A DNA stretch of 64,000 nt from Myxococcota bacterium (GCA_047621685.1 JBLHNG010000002.1:2350-66349), one strand, 5' to 3'. Counted from the first letter of the stretch, positions 26,219 through 35,564 are shown. The notes: a model not told the origin generated them from the sequence alone. Program-made: numbers and translations.

Positions 26219-27148
26219 GTGGACATCCTTGAAGAGAAAACCCTCGCCCGCAAGATCCTCTCCATCGACCGACAGGCGCATGAGGATCTATCCGAGATCC
26301 CACTCGCAGTACGGATTTTGGAGAATCGTGGCCTGAGGACAGAGCAGACTCGTGCGGCGGCCCTTGGGCGTCTTCGGGAAGCTGCCAAGACCTGCTCGCA
26401 GTCCGACCAGGCTGAGATCGCTCTGGCCGGTCGAAACGCACAGGGTCTCCTGGATCAGGCCGATCAGCTGCGCTGGCAGTTCGCCATGTCTGCCCGTCGG
26501 GTCGCACACAGCGAGGCCCGCAAGCTCTCCTGTGCGCTGATGGAGGCCGAGGATCTCCGACAGCACGGCTACATCGGGCTGCTTGCCGCTGCCGAGCGCT
26601 TCGATCCCGAGCGGGACATCCGGTTCTCGACCTACGCCCGCTGGTGGGTTCGGGCCAACATCACCCGCGCCCTGGAGACCACCGGCCGCACCGTCCGCCT
26701 CCCCGGCGGCGCCGTCGAGCACCTCCGCAACCTGCGCCGTGCCCGAGCACGCATGGAGAAGGAGGGCTTCAGCCCGGACACCGCCACCCTCGCCAAAGAG
26801 GTCGGCATCGATCTGCGCCGCGCCCGCTACCTGCTGGCAGTCGGCGGCCCGGTCTCCATGGACCAGGAGTTCAACGGCAGCACCATCGCTGAGGTCCTCA
26901 AGGCAGACGACGAGCTTCCCCCGATCAGCATGGAGCGCAGCGAGAACCTCAACCTCATGCAGCACCTGCTCAACACCGACCTCACGGATCGTGAGCGCTT
27001 CATCCTGAACTGCCACTACGGCCTCAACGACCTCGACCCCCGAAGCATGGCCGCCATCGGCAGCGACATCGGGCTGTCCCGGGAGCGGGTGCGACAGATC
27101 GAGCTTGGCGCGCTGAAGCGGCTTCGCGGTCTGATCCACGCTGCGTAA
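26219..27148 (+). CDS. sigma-70 family RNA polymerase sigma factor (group 3-like)
   Basis: 309 aa (GTG start). Region 2 is YIGLLAAAERFDPERDIRFSTYARWWVRANI; region 4 is LTDRERFILNCHYGL..IGLSRERVRQIELGALKRLR. Confidence 0.9.
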   Translation: MDILEEKTLARKILSIDRQAHEDLSEIPLAVRILENRGLRTEQTRAAALGRLREAAKTCSQSDQAEIALAGRNAQGLLDQADQLRWQFAMSARRVAHSEARKLSCALMEAEDLRQHGYIGLLAAAERFDPERDIRFSTYARWWVRANITRALETTGRTVRLPGGAVEHLRNLRRARARMEKEGFSPDTATLAKEVGIDLRRARYLLAVGGPVSMDQEFNGSTIAEVLKADDELPPISMERSENLNLMQHLLNTDLTDRERFILNCHYGLNDLDPRSMAAIGSDIGLSRERVRQIELGALKRLRGLIHAA

Positions 27149-27681
27149 TGGCACGTCTCATCCTGCTGATAATCAACCTCATCGGCGGCATCGCCGTGCT
27201 GGGCTCCTATGTCATCGGCATCGTCGACCATCCCGAGCAGGTCGATCTGCTGTGGGGCACCCTCCCAGCGGGTGTTCGAGGCGTGTACACCGCAAACATG
27301 TTCCCGGCAGCCATCGGCTATCTCGTCTCCTTTGGGTGGCTGATTGCCGCTGCTCCGGACCGACTCCGCCTCGCAGGGCGACCCGCGCTGCCCATCCTCA
27401 GCGCGGTCTACGCGGTCTTTTTGGCCTCCTCAACCGCCTGGATGCCGCTGTGCTGGCAGGCGATCGATCAGAGTGACTCGAGCCTGCTTCCGGTGATTCA
27501 GGTCGTCCTGGCTCTCGCCGGGGTCGCCAGCGTCGGGCTGCTGGTGGTGCTCGCCCGGCTGACGGATCCGCCCCGTCCCCGCTGGCACCGTGCAGCGATC
27601 ATCGGGCTGGGCTTCCTGGTGCTCCAGTGCGCCATCCTCGACGCCCTCATCTGGCCGCAGTTCTTCGGGGTTCCAGGTTAG
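27148..27681 (+). CDS. hypothetical integral membrane protein
   Basis: 177 aa with several hydrophobic helices. The ATG overlaps the sigma-factor stop (TAATG). Confidence 0.55.
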   Translation: MARLILLIINLIGGIAVLGSYVIGIVDHPEQVDLLWGTLPAGVRGVYTANMFPAAIGYLVSFGWLIAAAPDRLRLAGRPALPILSAVYAVFLASSTAWMPLCWQAIDQSDSSLLPVIQVVLALAGVASVGLLVVLARLTDPPRPRWHRAAIIGLGFLVLQCAILDALIWPQFFGVPG

Positions 27682-27705
27682 ACACTCCTGAGCCTGGAGT
27701 GCCCG

Positions 27706-28560
27706 TTGTCCCTGTCTGAACTTCCTGAGCCTGATGTGCTCATCCACGTCCACACCGCAGCCGGTCGCACGGAGCTGTCCCGTCGCCAGATCCGCGATCA
27801 GCTCGCAGACGGTCAGGTCGCCAGAACCGACCTGTTCTGGTTCTCCGGCATGGACGGCTGGGCGCCCATCAGCGACCACCCCGAGCTGACCAACCTCCCC
27901 GAGGTCGCGGAGCCGGAGCCGGAGCCCGCCGCGCCGGTCGTACCGGAGCCCGTGGCACTGGTTGCTGTGCCTGATCGGGACTCCCACAGGGAGAGCGACC
28001 TGTCCGACGACGAGCTGGACGCGGTGTTTGGCTCGCTGATCCAGGAGAGCTGGGCGTACCACAGCGACCACAGCTTCGCCTCGCACATCGACGAGGTCAT
28101 GGTCGGCGCGCTGATCACCGACGGAGTCCGCCGGGGGCTGTCGCTCATCGACCTGAGCAGCGACGGCACCAACCACTACATGCGGTTCGAAAAAATCGGC
28201 GAGGGAAGCCGGGTGATCATCCGACTCACCCACCTCACCGGCAACATGACCACCGCCGCCACACAGGGTCACCGGGTCGCTGCGGTCATCGGGTATGGCG
28301 AGAAGCTCAAGGACTTCTCCCGGGTCTGGTCGGCGATCAAGGCGGAGTACAAGTCCGGCCTCGTCTCCCGGGACACCCCCGGCGCGATCAGCGTCGATGG
28401 CGACCTGTCCAGCCAGTACGTCTATGTGCAGATCCGGCTGTTCCTCAAGGTCGATGACTACGTCGCCCGGGACTACACCATCGACTACCACCGCCTCGAC
28501 GAGCACCTCGACGCCACCCTCAACGCGCTGCGGAAGTATCTCCGCGGCCGGTTCTCGTAG
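27706..28560 (+). CDS. GYF_2 (DUF4339)-domain protein with an uncharacterised C-terminal domain
   Basis: 284 aa (TTG start). The N-terminus ..LSRRQIRDQLADGQVARTDLFWFSGMDGWAPISDHPEL is GYF_2-like, followed by a Pro/Glu linker. Confidence 0.5.
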   Translation: MSLSELPEPDVLIHVHTAAGRTELSRRQIRDQLADGQVARTDLFWFSGMDGWAPISDHPELTNLPEVAEPEPEPAAPVVPEPVALVAVPDRDSHRESDLSDDELDAVFGSLIQESWAYHSDHSFASHIDEVMVGALITDGVRRGLSLIDLSSDGTNHYMRFEKIGEGSRVIIRLTHLTGNMTTAATQGHRVAAVIGYGEKLKDFSRVWSAIKAEYKSGLVSRDTPGAISVDGDLSSQYVYVQIRLFLKVDDYVARDYTIDYHRLDEHLDATLNALRKYLRGRFS

Positions 28561-28569
28561 GAGGATCCG

Positions 28570-29097
28570 ATGTTCAACATCCTCGCCCAGTTCAACCACA
28601 AGGCGGAGATCCGGGAGTCCAAGGACGAGATCCTGGTCGGCGAGATCGTCGCTGCCATGGCCGCCGCCGGATACCCCTCCATCGCGTTTCGAGCCCACAA
28701 CGACCGCCAGCTCGTGCAGTTCAAGGCGATCAACGACCCCATCCTGCACAGCGTGAACATCATCCTCGACCGCAAGACCGGCACCGGGGCGCTCGGCAGC
28801 GCGATGTTCGGCTCCAAGGCGACCCTGCGCATCACCGCCGAGGTCCGCAACCGGATGACCGACCCCGACGACCTCATCGCGATGTACAAGACCGACCTCG
28901 CCAACCTGTTCAAGATGCCAGCGATGGGCGGCATCAAGCTGAACCACGAGCTGAACAGCGTGTTCGCCACCGCCCAGCGGCTCATCGAGATCGACACCTA
29001 CGTGCTCAAGGGCGAGCCCGGGGTGGTCAAGATGCGCACGATGCTGGAGGAGATCATCGGAACGCTCCGAGAGAAGCTGACAGAGTTTCACCGGTAG
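28570..29097 (+). CDS. hypothetical protein
   Basis: 175-aa ORF 9 nt after the previous gene. No family recognised. Possibly distantly similar to the C-terminal half of the preceding protein. Confidence 0.5.
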   Translation: MFNILAQFNHKAEIRESKDEILVGEIVAAMAAAGYPSIAFRAHNDRQLVQFKAINDPILHSVNIILDRKTGTGALGSAMFGSKATLRITAEVRNRMTDPDDLIAMYKTDLANLFKMPAMGGIKLNHELNSVFATAQRLIEIDTYVLKGEPGVVKMRTMLEEIIGTLREKLTEFHR

Positions 29098-29290
29098 TGT
29101 CCGGGAGAGCGGCACCACGCGGTCGGGGCCTGGCCTTCGGGACGGGCCTGTCCGACGTGCGGTCGGGGGACTGGATCGCGCTTGGGACCGGCGGCACTGC
29201 ACGGGCGAAGCACCTGGTGGCCGACGGGGTGAAAACGAGGCGCTCATAGCCTTCCTCGACGCCGTCGCCGCCGACTTCCTGCGCTGAGTC

Positions 29291-29770
29291 CTACTCGAAC
29301 GGACTGCCCGTCCAGGTCTCGGTATCCGGCGGATCCGTGTCCTCCACCTCATCCTCCGGGACCTGTGGTCCGATCACGTCCTCCTCACCTGGTGCGTCCG
29401 TGATCCCCACATCCGGCGGACACTCCGGGCAGTCGAGGATGACGGTGCGCTCTGGTTGGCACTTCCACGCCTGGAGCCGCAGCGCCTCGTGACGGCTGGC
29501 GGCGACCATCACCTTGCGGTCCTCCAGGTCCGCCTTGCCCTCGCTTGAGGCATTCGTGGAGGCCGCCTGTGCCCGGGTCGCCAATTCCAGCAGTGCCCGC
29601 ATCGACACCAGCTGCTTCTCGACACACCGGGCAACCTCAGGCTCCCCCTCGGCGTCCCGGCGCAGCTCCTCCACCTCACCCACCGACGCGGTCATCTCCG
29701 CGATCAATTCGACCACATCGATGCCGGAGTCCGCCCGTGCCACAAGTCCGATCAGCAGCATCAACGACAT
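29291..29770 (-). CDS. hypothetical secreted protein
   Basis: 159 aa with an N-terminal signal-like MSLMLLIGLVARA and an acidic C-terminus. Confidence 0.45.
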   Translation of the reverse strand: MSLMLLIGLVARADSGIDVVELIAEMTASVGEVEELRRDAEGEPEVARCVEKQLVSMRALLELATRAQAASTNASSEGKADLEDRKVMVAASRHEALRLQAWKCQPERTVILDCPECPPDVGITDAPGEEDVIGPQVPEDEVEDTDPPDTETWTGSPFE

Positions 29771-29884
29771 CGCTCACCCCCTGACCTCCAATCCCCCCAT
29801 GACGCCGGATGGATCACACCGATGCTGGCGACATTCGCCATAATGCCATCGATCGATACTGAACATACGAACACCACTGTCGGA

Positions 29885-29908
29885 GATATCAATAGGGGAT
29901 ATCAATAG
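29885..29908. promoter_or_regulatory. tandem direct repeat GATATCAATAG (x2, 13-bp register) in an AT-rich intergenic island
   Basis: gatatcaatag at 29885-29895 and again at 29898-29908, upstream of the 29291..29770 gene. Confidence 0.3.
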
Positions 29909-29976
29909 TGTGAATAACTATATCCTGGTTTTTATTGCAGCCCGTCTCCACCTGAACCTGTCCGAAAACTGACCGC

Positions 29977-31404
29977 TCAGGGTGCCGAGAAGGCCCCGAG
30001 GTCTACTGCATCCCGCGCAGCTCCGCTCTGGTGGAGGGCGTACTCCATGGTCACCGCCTCCGCATCGGGGTGTGACGCCCCAGCAGCCCCGACCGCTGCC
30101 GAGCCCGAAGATGGGCGGTGCTCCGCGTCGAGATCGGCACCTCCCTCCAGGTTGCCACCGTCGGTCACCGTGCCGTCCAGGCTGCCCTCGAAGCTGTCCC
30201 GCCAGTCGGTGGGCAGGAGGTTGTCGGTCAGCTCAGCGTTTCCAGACTCCGCCAGGATCGCCAGCGAGCCGCCGGTGACCACCACGTTGTTGCGGATGTC
30301 CGCAGACTCTCCGACCGAGGACAGCCGGACCAGGGTGGTGTTCCCGGTGCGCTGGCTGACGATGGTGTTGTGGTGCAGCAGCAGGATGCCGCCCCGATAC
30401 TGAGACTCATCTCCGCTGTCGCCGCCGTAGTGGATCACCTGGCTGTTGCCGGCATCATCGGGCTCGATGAGCACGTTTCCATAGACCTCAGTGATGGCGT
30501 AGCTGGGGTCGCTGAGCAGCGTCGTGCTGCCGGAGTCCACCAGATCGAGCTGACGGTTGCCGCCCTCGATCCAGTTGTAGCGAATCACCGTGCCGGCGGA
30601 CCGGTCCTTGAGGTTGTTGCCGGTGGCGCCGTCTCTCAGCGGCCCGAAGCGGTTGTACTCATAGATGATGCCCAGCGCCTCGGTGTAGGTATTGTGCTCG
30701 TAGTAGTCGTCGACAATGCCGTTTCCGTAGATGTAATTCTGCGCGATGAGCACATCGGTGGCCGCGGAGCTGACGAACAGGCCGTTGCCGCAGTCCGTCA
30801 GCACGCTGTCCCGGATCGTGACGTGGCTTCCGGTCTCGACGAAGACACAGGCGGCGTTGTCGGTGTAGGTGCCTGGGCTGCCGGCGTCGTCGGTGAAGGT
30901 GTAGTCGGGGTGTCCGCTCTGGATCGTGAGGCCCTGGAGGTGGACCCAGGCGGGGGTCTCAGAGCTGGAAGAGGAGTCGCCGATCTTGATGACGCTGCGG
31001 TCCTCGTTCCAGTAGTCCAGCTCGGGGCGGGTGCTGGCGTCCTCCCCGGTGATCACCGGCCCGTCGATGCCGAGCACCACCAGCGGCGCCTCCTGTGTTG
31101 CAGCGGTGGAGATGACCCACTTCGCGGCGTAGGGTGCGTCGCGGTGGTGGATGCGCACCAGCGTGGAGGGCTCGAGGCTCTCCCAGGGCAGGTCGTCGGG
31201 GGTCTCATAGGCATGCCCTGGCCCGATGTCGTAGACGTGCAGGAAGTCCGCTTCGTCCCACACCACCTCGACCCCGCTGTCCGGGGTGCCGGTGTCATCC
31301 GGGGTGCCGGTCTCGCCAGGGGTGTCGGTGTCTGCCGCCGGTGCGGTGTCCCCGCTTGGAGTCGTTTTTTTGCCCGTGCAGGCCAGCATCAGGATCAGCA
31401 TCAT
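29977..31404 (-). CDS. right-handed parallel beta-helix (pectate-lyase-fold) lipoprotein
   Basis: 475 aa with MMLILMLAC lipobox and an acidic DT/GT linker. Reiterated ..N.I..N.. beta-helix-type turns (IRDSVLTDCGNGLFV, IAQNYIYGNG, IRYNWIEGGN, IRNNVVV). Confidence 0.65.
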   Translation of the reverse strand: MMLILMLACTGKKTTPSGDTAPAADTDTPGETGTPDDTGTPDSGVEVVWDEADFLHVYDIGPGHAYETPDDLPWESLEPSTLVRIHHRDAPYAAKWVISTAATQEAPLVVLGIDGPVITGEDASTRPELDYWNEDRSVIKIGDSSSSSETPAWVHLQGLTIQSGHPDYTFTDDAGSPGTYTDNAACVFVETGSHVTIRDSVLTDCGNGLFVSSAATDVLIAQNYIYGNGIVDDYYEHNTYTEALGIIYEYNRFGPLRDGATGNNLKDRSAGTVIRYNWIEGGNRQLDLVDSGSTTLLSDPSYAITEVYGNVLIEPDDAGNSQVIHYGGDSGDESQYRGGILLLHHNTIVSQRTGNTTLVRLSSVGESADIRNNVVVTGGSLAILAESGNAELTDNLLPTDWRDSFEGSLDGTVTDGGNLEGGADLDAEHRPSSGSAAVGAAGASHPDAEAVTMEYALHQSGAARDAVDLGAFSAP

Positions 31405-31416
31405 CCCCTCCCATCT

Positions 31417-32205
31417 TCAGGACAGCTTATCCTCCCTCTGGCGGATCCAGGCCCCCGGGGAGACCCCGATCGTCGCCTTGAAGTCTCGGCTGAAGTGCGC
31501 CTGATCGGCATACCCCAGCGACAGGGCCAGCTCTGCGAGCCTGCCAGGAGCGGCAGTGTCGAGGATGTCGAGGGCACCCAGCAGCCGATACCGCCGGATG
31601 ACCCGCTTGGGTGAGACCCCGACCATGTCTCGAAACCACCGCTGCATCGCCCGCTTGCTGAGTCCAGTCCGCTGACAGAGCTGGGCGACTGTGGTGATGC
31701 TGCGGTCGGTCTCGATCGCCACCATCAGGTCGTGCAGTGCCGAGAGGTCGGGATTCAGCGATGGGCGGTGGGCCAGAAGGAAGGGCTCCGCAGCCTCCAC
31801 GCTCGGCTCCAGCTTCGCCCAGTCCGCCGCCAGCTCTGGCAGCAGCACCGACAGCTCCGTCTCGGTGTCGGTCAGGGGATGAGCCGGCCCGCCGAGCCAG
31901 TCCCGAAAGCCTCCGGGGCGGAACTTCACCGCGAAGACCCGCCCGCTCCCCCGCAGGACTCGGACAAACCGACGACGCTGCGGTCCGGCGATCACGCTGC
32001 GGCCCCCCTCACAGATCCAGTGGATGCAGGGGTGGGGCAGGGTGGCGGCCTCAAAGGTCTCCCCCTCGGGAAGCTGCCAGGAAACCGACCAGAAGTGCTC
32101 AACCCAGGTAGACAGACCCGGATCCGGGGACCACCGCTGGTGGGTGATCGGGCCGGCGATCTTGCGGAGCAGTCCGCGGGGTGGCTGGGGCTTTGGGACG
32201 GCCAT
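31417..32205 (-). CDS. AraC-family transcriptional regulator
   Basis: Start at ATG 32205 (MAVPKPQPP..). C-terminal double HTH: TVAQLCQRTGLSKRAMQRWFRD..LALSLGYADQAHFSRDFK. Confidence 0.85.
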   Translation of the reverse strand: MAVPKPQPPRGLLRKIAGPITHQRWSPDPGLSTWVEHFWSVSWQLPEGETFEAATLPHPCIHWICEGGRSVIAGPQRRRFVRVLRGSGRVFAVKFRPGGFRDWLGGPAHPLTDTETELSVLLPELAADWAKLEPSVEAAEPFLLAHRPSLNPDLSALHDLMVAIETDRSITTVAQLCQRTGLSKRAMQRWFRDMVGVSPKRVIRRYRLLGALDILDTAAPGRLAELALSLGYADQAHFSRDFKATIGVSPGAWIRQREDKLS

Positions 32206-32284
32206 GTCGCGTTCCTTCAAGCGCACTTCAGGCGAGACACATAGCCTGCAGCCACCCAGCCACCCAGCCACCCCGGACTCCACA

Positions 32285-32680
32285 GTGACCCTCTCCGCAA
32301 ACGGTACCTTCTCCGTCGACAGCACCTTTGCGCCCCCCTTCCATTCCGAGGACGGCGTCACCCTCGGCGGCGCCCGGTTCGACAAGCAGTTCACCGGCGG
32401 CCTGGAGGCGACCTCCTTTGTGGAGATGCTCTACGCCCGCACCCCCGACCCCACCTGCGCCACCTACGTCGCCATCGAGCGCATCGCGGGCACCCTCTGT
32501 GGGCGCGCCGGAAGCTTCGTGGTCCACCATGTCGGACTCCGGGAAGGCGGGACCGACAGCCTCACCGTGTCGATCGTTCCTGGCAGCGGCACCGGCGCGC
32601 TGTCGGGGATCACCGGGGTCATGACCATCACCATCACCGACGGCGTCCACTACTACACCGTCGCGGCATCGCTGCGGTAG
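32285..32680 (+). CDS. DUF3224-domain protein
   Basis: GTG 32285 chosen (MTLSANGTFSVDS..GGARFDKQFTGGLEATS..HHVG..GALSGITG..). An in-frame ATG at 32204 would overlap the araC start, so it was not chosen. Confidence 0.6.
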   Translation: MTLSANGTFSVDSTFAPPFHSEDGVTLGGARFDKQFTGGLEATSFVEMLYARTPDPTCATYVAIERIAGTLCGRAGSFVVHHVGLREGGTDSLTVSIVPGSGTGALSGITGVMTITITDGVHYYTVAASLR

Positions 32681-32846
32681 CCCATCAGGCAAGACACCAC
32701 CACTATGGTCAGCTTAGAGGCGCCAGAAGACTGGCTCGCAAGACTGGGTTCGACCGTCCACTGATCTGGCAAGAAAAAAACAGGACATTGTCCAAAACTC
32801 AAACTGGTGCCAGAATACGATCTGAAGATCGAGCGGGAGCGTCAGA

Positions 32847-34283
32847 ATGGGCTTTCTACAGCAGCTGTTTCAGGGTGGACGAGAGCCGGAGGCCCGCGAG
32901 ATTCCCAAGGCACAGCCGGTCACCGACTTCGGCAGCAACCAGGAGCGCCTCGCTCAGATCTCGGCCCAGCAGAGCAGCGGCGGTGCCCTCGCCGGGTCCG
33001 AGACGCTCCGGGTCGGCAGCGAGGGAGAGTCGGTCGAGGCCCTCCAGCGCTTCCTCGGCATGACCGGCAACAGCGTCGATGGGAAGTTCGGCCGCAACAC
33101 GAAGTCACAGGTCATCACCTGGCAGCAGGCCCACGGACTCGATCCCGACGGCGTCGTGGGATCGGCCACCATCTCCGCGATGGGCGGAGGTGCCCAGGCC
33201 ACTGCCCCAGCGACCACCCCACCCGCCGTCGCCGCACCCACCCCACCCGCAGAGGCTGCACCCACCCCGGCCCCCGCACCCACTGCCGAGGCTGCAGAGA
33301 AGCCCACCGCAGAGAAGCCCACCGCAGCGAAGAAGCCCGCCGCAGCGAAGAAGCCCGCCGCCCGAAAGGTCGACATCACCCGCACGCTGCGGCTCGGCAG
33401 CGAGGGCGAAGACGTCAAGCTCCTCCAGAAGTTCCTCGGCCTCACCGGAGAAGCCATCACCGGGAAGTTCGACGCTGGCACCCGCGCAAAGGTGGTCGCC
33501 TGGCAGAAGACCAACAAGCTCTCCGACGACGGCATCGTCGGCACCGGGACCGTCGCAGCGATGAACGGCGAGAAGAAGCTCTACGGACACAGCCGCCACC
33601 ACAACGCCGACAAGTTCGTGCCCGCCTTCCCGATGATGGCCTACCACGAGTCTGGCTCCTACCGGAACAAGGCCGACCCCTACGCCGTCGGCACGATCAC
33701 CAACCCCACCAAGGACGGCGATCTCGGCGGCAAGACCTACGGCACCTACCAGTTCGAGACCTTCGTGCATTCCGGCGGAAAGACCGACACCAAGGCTGCG
33801 AAGGGGTCGACTGCCGCCCGGTTCTCCCGGTGGGAGAAGAACCCCTACAAGGCCCAGCTCTCTGCGGTTGTCGACAAGAACGGGGTCGCTTCCAAGGAGT
33901 TCGACGCCCTCTGGACGAAGCTGACCTCCGAGAACAACAAGGCGTTTGGAAAGGCCCAGCAGGACTTCCTCCGCCACGACAAGTCCGACAAGGCCGTTGC
34001 CTGGATGAAGCGCGCCGCGCTCTCCAAGACCGTGCAGTCCGACGACGCCTTCTTCGACCTCGTGCTCGGCACCCTCAACCACGTCGGCACCCTCGCCAAC
34101 TCCACCGCCGACCACCTCGCCGCCACCCAGAAGGCCAACGGCAAGGACTACACGGTCGATGAAGCCGCCAAGGCACTCACCGATCACAAGCTGAGCAAGG
34201 TCAACGGCTGGTTCAAGAGCTCACCGGATGCCCACAAGGGAATTGAGAACCGGTTCAAGGCCGAGCAGAAAGCCTTCAAGTAG
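32847..34283 (+). CDS. protein with two peptidoglycan-binding (PG_binding_1) domains and a putative glycoside-hydrolase/lysozyme-like C-terminal domain
   Basis: 478 aa. The LR(V/L)GSEGE.V..LQ.FLG.TG...GKF...T...V..WQ....L..DG(V/I)VG motif occurs twice, separated by an Ala/Pro/Lys linker. C-terminal ..DGDLGGKTYGTYQFE... No N-terminal signal peptide visible. Confidence 0.7.
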   Translation: MGFLQQLFQGGREPEAREIPKAQPVTDFGSNQERLAQISAQQSSGGALAGSETLRVGSEGESVEALQRFLGMTGNSVDGKFGRNTKSQVITWQQAHGLDPDGVVGSATISAMGGGAQATAPATTPPAVAAPTPPAEAAPTPAPAPTAEAAEKPTAEKPTAAKKPAAAKKPAARKVDITRTLRLGSEGEDVKLLQKFLGLTGEAITGKFDAGTRAKVVAWQKTNKLSDDGIVGTGTVAAMNGEKKLYGHSRHHNADKFVPAFPMMAYHESGSYRNKADPYAVGTITNPTKDGDLGGKTYGTYQFETFVHSGGKTDTKAAKGSTAARFSRWEKNPYKAQLSAVVDKNGVASKEFDALWTKLTSENNKAFGKAQQDFLRHDKSDKAVAWMKRAALSKTVQSDDAFFDLVLGTLNHVGTLANSTADHLAATQKANGKDYTVDEAAKALTDHKLSKVNGWFKSSPDAHKGIENRFKAEQKAFK

Positions 34284-34307
34284 GCCCGAGGCTCAAGCAC
34301 CGCAGAC

Positions 34308-34766
34308 TCAGTACCGCAGTCCCAGGCTCAGGCCGTAGGCTGCGGCACCGTCATCATCGAGGGCCACCCGGGGTGCGACCGTCAGCGAGGCGGTTCCACC
34401 ACCGTTGATGGCCTTGGCCTCCCGCCAGGCATCAATCGCCGCGCCAGTGTTCAGCGCCAGGACCGCGCCGAACATCACCCCGAAGGCAGTGGAGTCCTGG
34501 TCCTTGAGCGTGCCGTTTTCGAACTGGTGGATCTGCTCGACGTAGGTGAGACCGGCGGCTCCAGCGATCATCGGCAGCGAGATCGCCAGGGACTTCTCGC
34601 CGTTGTAGAGGTAGCCCGCCCCGGGGATGACGAAGTTCAGACCGGCAGCCAGCAGGGGACTCTTGTGTCGGGTGGAGCTGTTCGAGACCGGGGTGGCACC
34701 GACGAGGGACTCGTCTGCGGAGGCGGGAGCGGAGAGGAGAAGACTGAGAGCGAGAACACCAGGCAT
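34308..34766 (-). CDS. hypothetical exported/membrane protein
   Basis: 152 aa with signal peptide MPGVLALSLLLSAPASA, a hydrophobic core and a C-terminal aromatic residue. Confidence 0.45.
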   Translation of the reverse strand: MPGVLALSLLLSAPASADESLVGATPVSNSSTRHKSPLLAAGLNFVIPGAGYLYNGEKSLAISLPMIAGAAGLTYVEQIHQFENGTLKDQDSTAFGVMFGAVLALNTGAAIDAWREAKAINGGGTASLTVAPRVALDDDGAAAYGLSLGLRY

Positions 34767-34803
34767 TGGGAACCTCCGTTGGTTGGGTGTTTGAACTATG
34801 GCC

Positions 34804-34858
34804 CGTCCAGTTGGACGAATGAATAGCGTATCGTCCAGTATTCATGACTGATCGTCCA
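34804..34858. promoter_or_regulatory. cluster of CGTCCA motifs including the 14-bp palindrome CGTCCAGTTGGACG
   Basis: Palindrome at 34804-34817, with further CGTCCA copies at 34832 and 34853. An additional inverted repeat TGAATA..TATTCA is also present. The cluster lies between divergent genes. Confidence 0.3.
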
Positions 34859-34925
34859 AAGCAGTGAGATGTCTGAGAAGCGCCGGTCGAGGACGCACGC
34901 TACACCTCCCCCATGGAGGGTTCCC

Positions 34926-35552
34926 ATGTCCGCGGTACCGGTCGTCCTCGTCCATGGCTTCATGGCCAGTCCCCTGCTGCTGCGTCCGATGAAACGTCAG
35001 CTGGAGAAGCTCGGCTTCATGGTCTACCTCGTGCAACTCTCGCCGCTGGCCATCCAGGACATCCGAGACCTCGCCGCGCAGCTCCATGACAACATCGAGC
35101 GGGTCTGCTGGGTGGAGGATGCCGATGAGGTCGACGTGGTCGGGGTGAGTCTCGGCGGGCTGACCACGCTGTACTACCAGCACTTCGTCGCACAGCGGCG
35201 TCGGATCCGTCGGTTCATCGGGCTGGGCTCCCCGTTTCGAGGCACCGCGTTCGCCCGGACCTGGCTCTCGAGCGTCGGCAAGATCTCCCCTGGCATCTGG
35301 CAGGTCCTCCCGGACTCCGAGCTGGTCACACAGCTCGCAGAAGCTGGCATCCCCGACGGGGTCACCGCGACCTCCATCTCGATGCGCGGCGATCAGGTCT
35401 CCCCGCCAGACTCCTGCCACCTGGAGGGCGCAGACAACCTCACCCTCAAGGGCCTGCCCTCCCCGCTCACCCACCAGTTCCTCGTCGCCAGCCCGGTGGC
35501 GCTGCGAGGAATCGTCGCGGCACTGCGGGGAGAGCGGGCCTCGGAGAGCTGA
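34926..35552 (+). CDS. alpha/beta hydrolase (lipase/esterase-like)
   Basis: ATG 34926 is preceded by GGAGGG (ATG 34869 is an alternative). PVVLVHGF oxyanion region and GVSLGG nucleophile elbow. Confidence 0.75.
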   Translation: MSAVPVVLVHGFMASPLLLRPMKRQLEKLGFMVYLVQLSPLAIQDIRDLAAQLHDNIERVCWVEDADEVDVVGVSLGGLTTLYYQHFVAQRRRIRRFIGLGSPFRGTAFARTWLSSVGKISPGIWQVLPDSELVTQLAEAGIPDGVTATSISMRGDQVSPPDSCHLEGADNLTLKGLPSPLTHQFLVASPVALRGIVAALRGERASES

Positions 35553-35564
35553 TACAGTTGCTCC

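Noticed and set aside
27430-29352. 640-aa ORF on the minus strand
   Set aside because: It is antisense to three tightly spaced plus-strand genes with protein-like sequences. It is Arg/Gly/Asp/Val-rich with no recognisable domain, so it is a shadow ORF.
32203-32206. Divergent AraC and DUF3224 start codons overlapping in a CATG tetranucleotide
   Set aside because: This would leave no promoter space. The in-frame GTG at 32285 gives a DUF3224-sized product with the usual N-terminus, so the long form was not adopted.
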